Shown one piece after another: positions 39,902 through 50,291 of a stretch of DNA of 64,000 nt. Positions within the stretch are counted from its first letter, which is position 1; each line of letters begins with the position of its first letter. A program made the position numbers and the translations under genes. Source of the DNA: a bacterium. GTDB taxonomy: Bacteria; ARS69. Under the pieces are notes generated by a model. The model was given only the letters and a program-made list of their open reading frames with translations, ran no database searches and had not been told where the DNA came from. Location of the stretch: assembly GCA_041393395.1 (NCBI GenBank), contig JAWKKG010000002.1, positions 14,151-78,150 on the forward strand, written 5' to 3'.

Positions 39902-42900
39902 ATGGCCGGAATCCACGAGAGCGGCGCGGGCTCGCGGTCCTCGTTCGAGGATTCGCTCGCGTTCCTCGTGTTGTTCTCGGAAGAGCTGCTCGATCTCGTG
40001 CCCGACGGGATCGGCGTGCTGGATGAGCAGCTCCGCGTGCGCGCGGCGAACCACGCGTTCCTCCGCGCGTTCGAGTTCGACTCCCTCGAGTCCGCCCGCG
40101 GCGTTTCCCTCGCCGAGGATCCCCTGATGCGCGTGCCGCTGCCCGACTGGCGCGACGCGCCGCTGCGCGAGATCGTGCCGGAGCTGCTTGCACGGGACGA
40201 GTCGGTCTCGCTGAACGCGGTGGAAGTACGGCATCCCGCGAGCGGCGAGCTTCGAACGTGGTCCCTGAAGGTCGTCCCCTGGGATACGGAGGACCCGCGC
40301 TTCCGGCGGCTGCTCCTCTGGGTCCACCCCTGGACCGACCGCCGGCCGGCGGATGCGTCGCCGGCACCGGACGTCACGTCGCCTGAGTTCCCGGCAGAGC
40401 ACCTCGCGCCCGACGCGGAAGGGCTCGCCCCGCCGGCGGAGCACCCCGCGCCCGACGCCGACGAGCCCGTCCCGCCGGCGGAGGTCTCCGCGCCGGGCGG
40501 CGCGGCGTCGGAGGAGACGTCCCCGGAGGATGCCGCCGAGCTGTTCCGCCTGACGAACCTCACCGCCCGCCTGCTCGAGACGTTGCCCGTGGGGATCGCG
40601 GTCCTCGACGGAGCGAGGCACGTGAAGGCGGCGAGCCACCGGCTCGAGACTCTCTTCGGCCGGGCGTTTCGCCGACACGGCCCGGGAGACCGCCACCTGT
40701 TCGCCGTGTTCCCGGAGCTGCGGGATCCGGCGTTCGACGCGTGGCTGGCCGGATCCCCCACCGATCGATTCTCTCACCCGGCGATTCCGCCGGGAGACCC
40801 CACTGTCCGATTCGAAGTCGAGGTCCAGTCCACGGGCTCCGTGGACGATGAAGGAACCGAGACCTTACTCGTCTTCCACGAGGTCGAAGCCATGCAACCC
40901 ACGCCGTCCGCGCCCGAACCGACGGTCGGAGGCCCGACTCCGGTCGGCCCCGCCGCCATTCTCGCCTCCGACAACCTCGGCCGCTGGCCGCAAGCGCCTT
41001 CCGATCGGCTGCTGATCGTGGAAGCCGACTCCTGGACGCGGATGGTGCTGTCGGACGCGCTCCGCGAGGGCGGATTCGAGGATCTCGTGTTCTGCGAGAA
41101 CCCGGCCGCGGTGTTCGACACCCAGGATCCGGCCGCATTCGCCGTGATCCTCGTGGGGCTCGACGGCGACACGAGCGGACTCCGTGCGCTGTGCGAGAGA
41201 CTCGTGCGCGACGCCGCGCGCGTTCCGGTGCTCGGCATCACGGATCGTACGGCCGAGGACGCGTTCGAGGTCGTGGGAGACGCGGCGCTCGCCGGCGTGC
41301 TGCCCGGCCTGCGGGGCAAGGAGCTGCGCGAGGTCGTGGCCGGCCTGATGCGGCGGGGCGCCGCGGAAGACGCGGCCGGATTCCCGGCCGAAGACGTCGC
41401 GCCGGATCTGACCATGGCGGCGGAGGGTGCGGAGAAGGCGGACGCGTTCGAGGTCGTGGTGCTGGGCGCCGGCGACGCCGACGTCTCCGTGCTGCGCATG
41501 CTCTACCGCGTGCCTCACGTGCGCGTGCGATTCGTGTTCGATCCGGATCCGGGCGCGTTCGGACTCTCGCTGTCCCAGAATCTCGGCATCCCGGCGATCT
41601 CGGGCGGCGTCTCGCTCGAGTTCCAGAACCCGCCCGCCGCCGTGGTGCTCGCGCGGTCCGGACTCGAGGAGCACCTCGCGCCGCTCGGTCTCGCGGAGGT
41701 CCCGCGCGTCACGCGTGACGAGCTGGAGCTGTTCCTCGTCGATCCCGCGTCGTACCTGGACGTCGAGAACGGCGCGGAGCGGGAGGCCGACGCCGGGGAA
41801 GCGGCGACGGAAGCCGTCGTCACCGAACCCGCCCGCGACGACTGGAGGGAGGACTCGCGTCCCGAAGACGAGCCCGTCGAGCCGACGGCCGACTGGGACA
41901 CGGCGGGCGACGACGGAACCGATCACGCACGGGCCGAGGCGCCCGCGACGGACACGGAGCCGAGCGCGCCCGCCGACGCATTCGAGGACTGGACCTCCGC
42001 CTTCGAGACGACGTCCGCTCCCGATCCCGCGCCGCCCGCGGAGGCGACGAACGAGCCGGCGCCGGAGCCGCCGCCCGCGGCCGCCGCGGCGCCGCGTCCC
42101 GCCCCGGCGATTCCGCCGGCCCCGGCGGCTCGTCCGCGCCCGACCACGCCGCTGCCCGCGCCGCCGCCGAAGCGCCCGGAGCTCGGCGCGTTCGCGGACC
42201 CGTTCTCCCCGGACTTCGCGGTCAGCGCGGGGCTGCCGGAGGACGACGAACCGGTGCGTCCGAACGCCCGGGTGGAATCGCTGCTCGAAGCGCTCGAGCT
42301 GCTGCTGGACTTCGACCGCTTCTCGTCCCACGTGCTGAAGCTCGCGCTCGATCTCACGAACGGCGCGTCCGGCAGCCTGATGCTCCTGCAGGAGGATCGC
42401 CGCGCGCTGCGGATCATCGCGGCGGCCGGTCTCTCCGACATCGTCGTGCAGAAGACCCGGCAGCGAGTCGGCGAGGGGATCGCGGGCCGCGTCGCCGCGG
42501 ACGGCGAGCCGCTCCTCCTCGTGGGCACGATCGGTGATGAACGCTTCCGCCAGCGGAGCGAGCGCAAGGAGATCCGCTCTTCGGTGTGCGCGCCCGTGAT
42601 CGCCGAGGGGCAGGTCATCGGCGTGCTGAACATCAACTCCGATCCGACGAATCACCCGTTCGACGAGACGCAGCTTCGCACCGTGGCGGCGCTCGGTCGC
42701 CAGCTCGGCAGCCCGCTCGATCGCTCGCGCCAGCTGCGCCGGATGCGCGGCCGTTCCTTCGAGCTGTCCGTGCGCGCGGAGATCGAAGCGATCGCGTCGT
42801 CGCAGGACGACATGGTCAGTCGCATGCGGCGGATCACGGCGCGCCTCGTGCAGATGCTCGACATCGACACCTGCGCGATCTGGCTGCTGGACGAGGCGCG

Positions 42901-43780
42901 CCACGGCCTGACGCTGCGCGCCGTCTCCGGTGTGACCGTGGCGTCGATGGATGCGGTGACGGTGCCGGTGGGCACGGGACTCGTGGGCTGGGTCGCGAAC
43001 AACCTGCGACCGCTCGTCCTGCGGAACTCGGCCGACGACCCGAACGACGCCACGCGCCTCACGAGCACCGGCGTGCCGATCCGCTGGCACACGGAGCTCG
43101 TGGGCGTGCTGGCCGTGGAGTCGACCTCGAAGAACACGACCGACGACGATCGACTCGGTCTCCTCGCCTCGGTGGCATCCGTGATCGGCGAGCAGATCGG
43201 CGTCTCGCGCGCGTACGAGGACTCGGAGCGGAAGGTCACGATGCTGTCGGCCCTGTCCGAGCTCGGGGTGGCGTTCGCCGCGGCGCAGGAGAGCTCGAAC
43301 CTCGCGAAGCTCGTCACGTTCTCGGCGTCGACCGTGCTCGAGTCCGACGTCGCCACGATCCGGTTCCGGCGCGTGGACGCGCCGAACCCCACCGGCACCC
43401 ACGACTTCGAGCTGCTCGCCTCCCACGGCGGGTCGATCGGGGGCGTGGGCGATCCGCTCGGGGATCTCGAGGAGTACATCACGCGTGAAGTGATCGCGAA
43501 GCGGAACCCGTGCCGCGACGCCGACCTGCCGCTGCAGGACATCGAGCCGCTCATGCAGCGGTCGAACGTCGCGTCGTTCCTCGGCGCGCCGATGATGTCC
43601 GGGCGGGACCTCGTGGGCGTGGTGGTGGTGTACCGCGTGCAGGACGCGATCGGACGCAACGTCGGCTATCGCGACGAGGAGATCGAGATCGCGATGCGTC
43701 TCGCCGACTACGCCGCGGCCGCCGCGGCCCGGTTCGTCGGCGCGACGGAGCCGGACGACGACTACGACGCGCAGCACTAG
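39902..43780 (+). CDS. Large multidomain signalling protein: 2x PAS-like, REC receiver, ~130-aa Pro/Ala-rich linker, 3x GAF; no recognisable output domain (1292 aa)
   Basis: PAS-like 'LLDLVPDGIGVLDEQLRVRAANHAFL' and 'LLETLPVGIAVLDGARHVKAASHRLE'. REC 'LLIVEADSWTRMVLSDALREGGFEDLVFCENPA...VILVGLDGDTSG'. Linker 'PAPEPPPAAAAAPRPAPAIPPAPAARPRPTTPLPAPPPKRP'. GAF segments with 'GIAGRVAADGEPLLL', 'GTGLVGWVANNLRPLVL' and a third C-terminal one. ATG 39902 chosen because upstream ORF sequence overlaps the divergent sigma gene. Confidence 0.75.
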   Translation: MAGIHESGAGSRSSFEDSLAFLVLFSEELLDLVPDGIGVLDEQLRVRAANHAFLRAFEFDSLESARGVSLAEDPLMRVPLPDWRDAPLREIVPELLARDESVSLNAVEVRHPASGELRTWSLKVVPWDTEDPRFRRLLLWVHPWTDRRPADASPAPDVTSPEFPAEHLAPDAEGLAPPAEHPAPDADEPVPPAEVSAPGGAASEETSPEDAAELFRLTNLTARLLETLPVGIAVLDGARHVKAASHRLETLFGRAFRRHGPGDRHLFAVFPELRDPAFDAWLAGSPTDRFSHPAIPPGDPTVRFEVEVQSTGSVDDEGTETLLVFHEVEAMQPTPSAPEPTVGGPTPVGPAAILASDNLGRWPQAPSDRLLIVEADSWTRMVLSDALREGGFEDLVFCENPAAVFDTQDPAAFAVILVGLDGDTSGLRALCERLVRDAARVPVLGITDRTAEDAFEVVGDAALAGVLPGLRGKELREVVAGLMRRGAAEDAAGFPAEDVAPDLTMAAEGAEKADAFEVVVLGAGDADVSVLRMLYRVPHVRVRFVFDPDPGAFGLSLSQNLGIPAISGGVSLEFQNPPAAVVLARSGLEEHLAPLGLAEVPRVTRDELELFLVDPASYLDVENGAEREADAGEAATEAVVTEPARDDWREDSRPEDEPVEPTADWDTAGDDGTDHARAEAPATDTEPSAPADAFEDWTSAFETTSAPDPAPPAEATNEPAPEPPPAAAAAPRPAPAIPPAPAARPRPTTPLPAPPPKRPELGAFADPFSPDFAVSAGLPEDDEPVRPNARVESLLEALELLLDFDRFSSHVLKLALDLTNGASGSLMLLQEDRRALRIIAAAGLSDIVVQKTRQRVGEGIAGRVAADGEPLLLVGTIGDERFRQRSERKEIRSSVCAPVIAEGQVIGVLNINSDPTNHPFDETQLRTVAALGRQLGSPLDRSRQLRRMRGRSFELSVRAEIEAIASSQDDMVSRMRRITARLVQMLDIDTCAIWLLDEARHGLTLRAVSGVTVASMDAVTVPVGTGLVGWVANNLRPLVLRNSADDPNDATRLTSTGVPIRWHTELVGVLAVESTSKNTTDDDRLGLLASVASVIGEQIGVSRAYEDSERKVTMLSALSELGVAFAAAQESSNLAKLVTFSASTVLESDVATIRFRRVDAPNPTGTHDFELLASHGGSIGGVGDPLGDLEEYITREVIAKRNPCRDADLPLQDIEPLMQRSNVASFLGAPMMSGRDLVGVVVVYRVQDAIGRNVGYRDEEIEIAMRLADYAAAAAARFVGATEPDDDYDAQH

Positions 43781-43789
43781 GGGCCTCGC

Positions 43790-44668
43790 TTGGAATCGAA
43801 CCTCACGCTCGCCGAACGCACGCGGCGTCGACTCGATCGGGTCGACGACGTTCCGACGTTGCCTCCCGTGCTGCTCATGGTGTGGGAGCTCACCGGCCGC
43901 TCGGACTCGTCGGCGGCGGATCTCGCGCGCGCGATCGGCTCGGATCCCGGACTGACGGGGGCCGTGCTCCGTCTCGCGAACTCCGCGTACTTCGGCTTCC
44001 CGCGCAAGATCGGCACCGTGAAGCAGGCGATCGTCGTGCTGGGCTTCGACACGGTGCGCAGTCTCGCGACCGGCGCCTCCGTGATGCGCGCGCTCGGACC
44101 GAGCTCGCCGAGCGGCATGGATGCAGGCGAGTTCCTGCGTCACTCCATGGTCACCGCGATGGCCGCGCGTCTGCTCGTGGAGCGTCGCTGGCGGGAGCTC
44201 GCCGGATCGGCGTTCTGCGGCGGGGTGCTGCACGATCTCGGCAAACTCGTGATCGCGGAGTACCTCGCCGAAGCGAACGCGGAGATCGGTTCCCGCGTGG
44301 CGGGCGGTGCCTTGCGCGAGGACGCCGAACGCGAGACGCTGGGGATGACTCACGCGGAGATCGGCGGCTGGTTTGCGGACCGCTGGAGCCTGCCGGAAGA
44401 GCTGGCCGCCGCGGTGAGATGGCACCATGATCCGGCCGGAGCCGGCGATCGCGAACGCTTCGCGGCCGCGGTTCACGTGGGAGACGTGCTGGCCCATCGG
44501 GTCGGCGCGGGCGGGAGCGGACGGACGGAGCCGCCTGCCCTCCGTCCGGAGGCTTGCACGATTCTCGGCCTCCCCGCGGACGAGCTCGGGGAGTGGACGG
44601 AACGCGTGGCTGCCCTGACGGTCGAGATGCCGTCGGCGGAGGCCGCGCTCGGCCTGGGGGCGAAATGA
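43790..44668 (+). CDS. HDOD (HD-related output domain) protein
   Basis: 'VPTLPPVLLMVWEL...LAQAIGSDPGLTGAVLRLANSAYFG...IGTVKQAIVVLGFDTVRSLA' HDOD signature. TTG start 10 nt after the upstream stop. Confidence 0.7.
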   Translation: MESNLTLAERTRRRLDRVDDVPTLPPVLLMVWELTGRSDSSAADLARAIGSDPGLTGAVLRLANSAYFGFPRKIGTVKQAIVVLGFDTVRSLATGASVMRALGPSSPSGMDAGEFLRHSMVTAMAARLLVERRWRELAGSAFCGGVLHDLGKLVIAEYLAEANAEIGSRVAGGALREDAERETLGMTHAEIGGWFADRWSLPEELAAAVRWHHDPAGAGDRERFAAAVHVGDVLAHRVGAGGSGRTEPPALRPEACTILGLPADELGEWTERVAALTVEMPSAEAALGLGAK

Positions 44669-44922
44669 GCGACTCGACCTCGGCGACGCCGCCACCGGCG
44701 TCGGATGATCGGGCCACCCGGATGGGAGAGGAGGCCCGCCGCATCGGACACGATCTCAACAACGTGCTCGGCGTGATCGGCGGCCGAGCCGAGCTCCTCC
44801 GCATGCACCTGGACCGTGGCAACGTGGACGGCGCCCGCAAGGGCGTCGACGTCATCCTGGAGCAGATGGACCGGCTCCGGCAGCTCTCCGACGAGATCCG
44901 CGACCTCCGCCACACGGAATGA
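44665..44922 (+). CDS. Stand-alone histidine-kinase dimerisation/phosphoacceptor (HisKA/DHp) domain protein, 85 aa, no ATPase domain
   Basis: 'MGEEARRIGHDLNNVLGVIGGRAELL' H-box-like helix followed by a second helix 'VILEQMDRLRQLSDEIRDL'. ATG overlaps the HDOD stop (ATGA). Confidence 0.5.
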   Translation: MSDSTSATPPPASDDRATRMGEEARRIGHDLNNVLGVIGGRAELLRMHLDRGNVDGARKGVDVILEQMDRLRQLSDEIRDLRHTE

Positions 44923-45136
44923 TCCGGCCCCGGCCCCGGGGCAATCTCCGGGAGGCCGGGCCCGCGGCGGCACGTCGCCGCGCCGCCGGGGTCACCGGGC
45001 GAAGACCCGGACCACCATCGGCGTCATCTTGACCGCCCCGGAACCGCTCGGTACCCTCCCGGGGCTTCTTTCCCGCATCCCGTCACGAGGCCCCATCGGG
45101 GCCGATTGCCCGTTCGGGCGCTCTGCAAGGGGGTAG

Positions 45137-46153
<1,017 letters not shown>

Positions 46154-47386
46154 ATGAGTCCGTCCCCGTCGACTCCGGCCGGCTCCAAGAAGCAGACGCT
46201 CGCGGACCTGCCCGACGTGCACGGCAAGCGCGTGCTCGTGCGCTGCGACCTGAACGTTCCGCTGAAGGACGGAAGGGTCGCGGACGACACGCGCATCGTG
46301 GCGAGCCTGCCCACGATCCGCCGCCTCGTGGAGGCGGGCGCCAAGGTCGTGCTGATGTCGCACCTCGGTCGTCCCAAGGGACAGGCGAAGCCCGAGCTGA
46401 GCCTGGCCCCGGTGGCCAAGGTGCTCGCGGCGGCGCTCGGGCGGCCGGTGCGGATGGCGCCGGACTGCGTCGGTTCCGCCGTGACGTCGCTCGTGGCGGG
46501 AATGAAGGACGGAGACATCGTGCTCCTCGAGAACCTCCGGTTCCACCCGGAGGAGGAGAAGAACGACCCCGGGTTCGCGCGGCGTCTCGCCGAGCTCGGG
46601 GATCTCTACGTGAGCGACGCGTTCGGCACGGTCCATCGCGCGCACGCGTCGACCGCGGGGATCCCGGCGCTGATCCGGCCCGCGGTTGCGGGGCTACTGC
46701 TCGAGAAGGAGCTGGAATACCTCGGCGGCGTCACGTTCAATCCGGCGCGGCCGTACGTCGCGATCCTCGGCGGCGCGAAGATCAGCGGCAAGATCGACGT
46801 GCTCGAGAACCTCTTCGGTCGCGTCGACACGATCCTGATCGGCGGCGCGATGGCGAACACGTTCTTCCGCGCGCAGGGCTTCGAGACCGGCAAGAGCCTG
46901 GTGGAGGAAGATCGGCTGGCTCTCGCGAAGGAGCTGCTCGCGCGCGCGAAGAAGGAGAACGTGGCGCTCGAGCTGCCGGTGGATTGCGTGGTCGCGACCG
47001 AGATGACGGAGACGGCGACCACGGAGACGTGCGCGGCCGACGCGATGCCGGCCGATCGCATGATGCTCGACGTCGGACCCCGGACGGTCGCGCGCTACCG
47101 CGAGATCATCGTCGCGGCGCGGACCGTGCTGTGGAACGGTCCGATGGGCGTGTTCGAGATGAAGCCGTTCGCGGCCGGCACGATCGGAGTCGCGAACGCG
47201 CTGGTGGAGGCGACGGGCAAGGGCGCCATCACCGTGGTCGGCGGGGGCGACTCCGCAGCCGCGATCGCTCAGGCGGGGCTGACCGAGAAGGTGAGTCACG
47301 TCTCCACGGGCGGCGGGGCGTCGCTCGAGTTCCTCGAAGGCAAGGTGCTGCCCGGCGTGGCCGCGCTGTCGGAGGCGAACGCGTGA
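46154..47386 (+). CDS. pgk: Phosphoglycerate kinase
   Basis: 'RVLVRCDLNVPL', 'HLGRPKG', C-terminal 'VSTGGGASLEFLEGKVLPG'. Confidence 0.95.
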   Translation: MSPSPSTPAGSKKQTLADLPDVHGKRVLVRCDLNVPLKDGRVADDTRIVASLPTIRRLVEAGAKVVLMSHLGRPKGQAKPELSLAPVAKVLAAALGRPVRMAPDCVGSAVTSLVAGMKDGDIVLLENLRFHPEEEKNDPGFARRLAELGDLYVSDAFGTVHRAHASTAGIPALIRPAVAGLLLEKELEYLGGVTFNPARPYVAILGGAKISGKIDVLENLFGRVDTILIGGAMANTFFRAQGFETGKSLVEEDRLALAKELLARAKKENVALELPVDCVVATEMTETATTETCAADAMPADRMMLDVGPRTVARYREIIVAARTVLWNGPMGVFEMKPFAAGTIGVANALVEATGKGAITVVGGGDSAAAIAQAGLTEKVSHVSTGGGASLEFLEGKVLPGVAALSEANA

Positions 47387-48138
47387 GGACTCCGCTCGTG
47401 TGCGGGAACTGGAAGATGTACAAGACGCCCTCCGAGGGGCGGACGCTGGCGCGTGAGATCTCGAACGGACTCCGGGGTGCCCCGGGGAAGGTCGAGGTGG
47501 CCGTGTGCCCGCCGTACCCCGCGATTCCGGCCGTGGCGGAGGCCCTGAAGGGCTCGCCGGTGGCCTGGGGCGCCCAGAACTGTGCCGCCGCACCCGAGGG
47601 GGCGTTCACGGGCGAGGTGGCCGTTCCCATGCTTGTTGACCTCGAATGCCGTTTCGTTATACTCGGCCATTCGGAACGTAGGCAGTTTTTCGGGGAAACC
47701 GATCCGGGCGTCCGCGAGAAGGCGGAAGCCGTTCTCGGGGCGGGACTTACGCCGATCGTGTGTGTCGGCGAGAGTCTCGAGCAGCGAGAAGCGGGGCGCA
47801 CGGAGGAGGTCGTCGATCGGCAGCTCCGCGAGGGGCTGGCCGGACTGCCGGGACCGGAGGTCGGGCGATCGGTGATCGCCTACGAGCCGATCTGGGCGAT
47901 CGGCACGGGGCGCACGGCGACCCCGGACATGGCGGAGGCGGTGCACCGGCGCATCCGGGTGACGCTCTCCGGGTTGTTCGGGGAATCGGTGGCGGTCGCG
48001 ACCCGGGTCCTGTACGGCGGCAGCGTGAAGCCGGACAATGCGCGCGAGCTGTTCGCGCAACCGAACATCGACGGGGGTCTGATCGGCGGAGCGTCCTTGT
48101 CCGCGGGCTCCTTTCTCGACATCGTGAGGGCGGCATGA
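47383..48138 (+). CDS. tpiA: Triosephosphate isomerase
   Basis: 'VCGNWKMYKT', 'ILGHSERR', 'AYEPIWAIGTG'. GTGA overlap with pgk. Confidence 0.95.
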   Translation: MRTPLVCGNWKMYKTPSEGRTLAREISNGLRGAPGKVEVAVCPPYPAIPAVAEALKGSPVAWGAQNCAAAPEGAFTGEVAVPMLVDLECRFVILGHSERRQFFGETDPGVREKAEAVLGAGLTPIVCVGESLEQREAGRTEEVVDRQLREGLAGLPGPEVGRSVIAYEPIWAIGTGRTATPDMAEAVHRRIRVTLSGLFGESVAVATRVLYGGSVKPDNARELFAQPNIDGGLIGGASLSAGSFLDIVRAA

Positions 48139-48611
48139 TCTACGGAATCATTCTCGGAATCCACGTGCTCGTGTGCATCCTGCTCGTGCTCGTGGTCCTG
48201 ATGCAGTCCTCGAAGGGCGGCGGCCTCGCGGGCGGCGCGTTCGGCGGTGGCGCGGAGTCGACGGTGTTCGGCGGTCGCGGCGCGGCCACGGTGCTGTCGA
48301 AGGCCACGACCGTGTTCGGCATGACCTTCATGGTCACGTCGCTCACGCTGACGTTGCTGAGCGCCTCGCGCACCGGTCGCAGCGTCCGGAGCGTCGTGGC
48401 GGAGGATGCCGCGTCGGCCGGGCTTCCGGTTCCCACGCAGACGGCGCCGCCGACCGGCACCGCGATGCCGGGGGCGGAGACCACGATGCCGGCCGGCCCG
48501 GAGGCGGGTCCGGTGTTGCCGGTGAATCCGACGCCGGCGCAGGGCTCGGAGTCCACGCCCGGCACGGATGCGCCGGCGGAGGAGACGACCCCCGCGCCGT
48601 CGGGAGAGTGA
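48135..48611 (+). CDS. secG: Preprotein translocase subunit SecG with Pro/Thr-rich C-terminal tail
   Basis: 'ILGIHVLVCILLVLVVLMQSSKGGGL' SecG TM1/Gly loop. ATGA overlap with tpiA. Confidence 0.85.
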   Translation: MIYGIILGIHVLVCILLVLVVLMQSSKGGGLAGGAFGGGAESTVFGGRGAATVLSKATTVFGMTFMVTSLTLTLLSASRTGRSVRSVVAEDAASAGLPVPTQTAPPTGTAMPGAETTMPAGPEAGPVLPVNPTPAQGSESTPGTDAPAEETTPAPSGE

Positions 48612-48620
48612 CCTTGTTTT

Positions 48621-48705
48621 TGCCCGGGTGGTGAAATTGGTAAACACGCACGGTTGAGGGCCGTGTGGGGCGACCCTTGCGGGTTCGAATCCCGCCTCGG
48701 GCACC
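48621..48705 (+). tRNA. tRNA-Leu (anticodon GAG), class II with long variable arm
   Basis: Acceptor GCCCGGG/CTCGGGC. Anticodon stem CACGG/CCGTG with loop TTGAGGG. T-arm GCGGG-TTCGAAT-CCCGC. Encoded CCA. secG followed by a tRNA-Leu as in many bacteria. Confidence 0.85.
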
Positions 48706-48711
48706 ATTCGA

Positions 48712-48750
48712 AGGCCGCCGCGAACGTTCGCGGCGGCCTGTTTCTTTTTC
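48712..48750 (+). terminator. Rho-independent terminator after tRNA-Leu
   Basis: Perfect inverted repeat ggccgccgcgaacg/cgttcgcggcggcc followed by tgtttctttttc. Confidence 0.7.
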
Positions 48751-48778
48751 GGCCGCTTTCACCTTCCGGAGGTGCCGC

Positions 48779-50212
48779 ATGAGCACGACCGAAACGCGCA
48801 GGCTCTCGATCCCCGGGTGGATCGGAACGGGGGAGATGCGTCCCCTCCGGTCGCCGTTCTCCGGCGAAGTGCTCGCGGAGGTCGAGCAGGCGCCGGCCGA
48901 CGCGCTCGAGACCGCCATGGCCACTGCCCACGAGGCGTTCCTCGCGAACCGCCGCACCCCGGGCTGGCTGCGTCGCGAGTGGCTGGAGCGCGCCGCCGAC
49001 ATGGTGCGCGAGGAGGCCGAGCAGCTCGCGCTCGGCATCGCGCGGGAGGGCGGCAAGCCGCTCGCGGATGCGCGGGTGGAAGTGGCGCGCGCCGTGAGCA
49101 CGATCCGCCTCGCCGCGGAGGAGGCGACGTCACTCGGCGGCGAAACGTTGCCCATGGACAAGGCGAAGGGACCGGAGAACCGGATCGCGTTCACGATCCG
49201 CGAGCCCATGGGCGTGGTCGTGGCGCTCTCCGCATTCAATCATCCGGTGAACCTCATCGCGCACCAGGTCGCGCCCGCACTCGCCGGCGGCAACACCGTG
49301 GTGGTCAAGCCGGCGAGCACCACGCCGCTGTCTGCAATCCGGATGGTGGAGATCTTCCGCGAGGCGGGCTTCCCGCCCGAGTCCGTGATCTGCACGCCGT
49401 GTCCCGGCGCAGCGGCGGAGCAGCTCGTGCGCGACCCGCGCACCCGCTTCGTGACGTTCATCGGGAGCGACTCGGTCGGCTGGCATCTGCGCTCGATCAT
49501 GAATCCGGGCGCGCGCTTCTCGCTCGAGCACGGGGGCGAGGCGGCCGTGGTCGTGGCCAAGAGCGCCGACGTCGATCGCGCGATCCCCGCGCTCGTGAAG
49601 GGCGCGTTCTACCACGCGGGACAGGTGTGCATCTCGGTGCAGCGAATCTACGCGCACGCCTCTCTGCGCGAGGAGCTCGAGACGCGCCTCGTGAAGGCCG
49701 CCGCGAAGCTCACGGTGGGCGATCCCACGGACGCGGACACGGACGTCGGGCCGATCATCACTCCGGACGAACGGCAGCGCGTGGCCGACTGGGTCGGCCG
49801 GGCCGTGGGGCGCGGCGCGAAGCTCCTGCTCGGCGGCAACGAGCTACCCGGGCAGTGCTACGAGGTCACCGTGCTCGCGGATCCGCCGGAAGACTCCGAG
49901 GTCGTCACGCACGAGGTCTTCGGTCCGGTGGTGTCGGTGCTCGAGTTCGAGCAGGAGGACGACGTGATCGAGCGCGTGAACCGCTCGCGGAATCCCTTCC
50001 AGGCTGCGGTGTTCGCGCAGGACGTGGACGCCGCGTTCCGCCTTTCGCGCCGGATCAACGCGAACGCGGTCGTGGTGAACGATCACTCCGCGTTCCGCGT
50101 GGACTGGATGCCGTTCGGCGGCCGGGAGAACGCCGGCTTCGGGATGGGCGGAGTCCGTTACGCGGTGCACGAGATGACGCGGGAGAAGCTGATCGTTCTG
50201 AATCTGCGGTAG
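48779..50212 (+). CDS. NAD(P)-dependent aldehyde dehydrogenase family protein
   Basis: 'FTIREPMGVVVALSAFNHPVNL', 'GGNTVVVKPASTTP', catalytic Cys 'YHAGQVCISVQRIY', 'EHGGEA' Glu region. Confidence 0.85.
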   Translation: MSTTETRRLSIPGWIGTGEMRPLRSPFSGEVLAEVEQAPADALETAMATAHEAFLANRRTPGWLRREWLERAADMVREEAEQLALGIAREGGKPLADARVEVARAVSTIRLAAEEATSLGGETLPMDKAKGPENRIAFTIREPMGVVVALSAFNHPVNLIAHQVAPALAGGNTVVVKPASTTPLSAIRMVEIFREAGFPPESVICTPCPGAAAEQLVRDPRTRFVTFIGSDSVGWHLRSIMNPGARFSLEHGGEAAVVVAKSADVDRAIPALVKGAFYHAGQVCISVQRIYAHASLREELETRLVKAAAKLTVGDPTDADTDVGPIITPDERQRVADWVGRAVGRGAKLLLGGNELPGQCYEVTVLADPPEDSEVVTHEVFGPVVSVLEFEQEDDVIERVNRSRNPFQAAVFAQDVDAAFRLSRRINANAVVVNDHSAFRVDWMPFGGRENAGFGMGGVRYAVHEMTREKLIVLNLR

Positions 50213-50291
50213 GCGGTTGCTATCGAACGAGGGGCGAACGGATTCCTTCCCCGGCTTGCGACGACGGGTCCAATCGCGCTACTCTCGGTTC

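Noticed and set aside
40865-44695. 1276-aa minus-strand ORF
   Set aside because: Antisense to the PAS-REC-GAF and HDOD genes. No motifs, Arg/His-rich.
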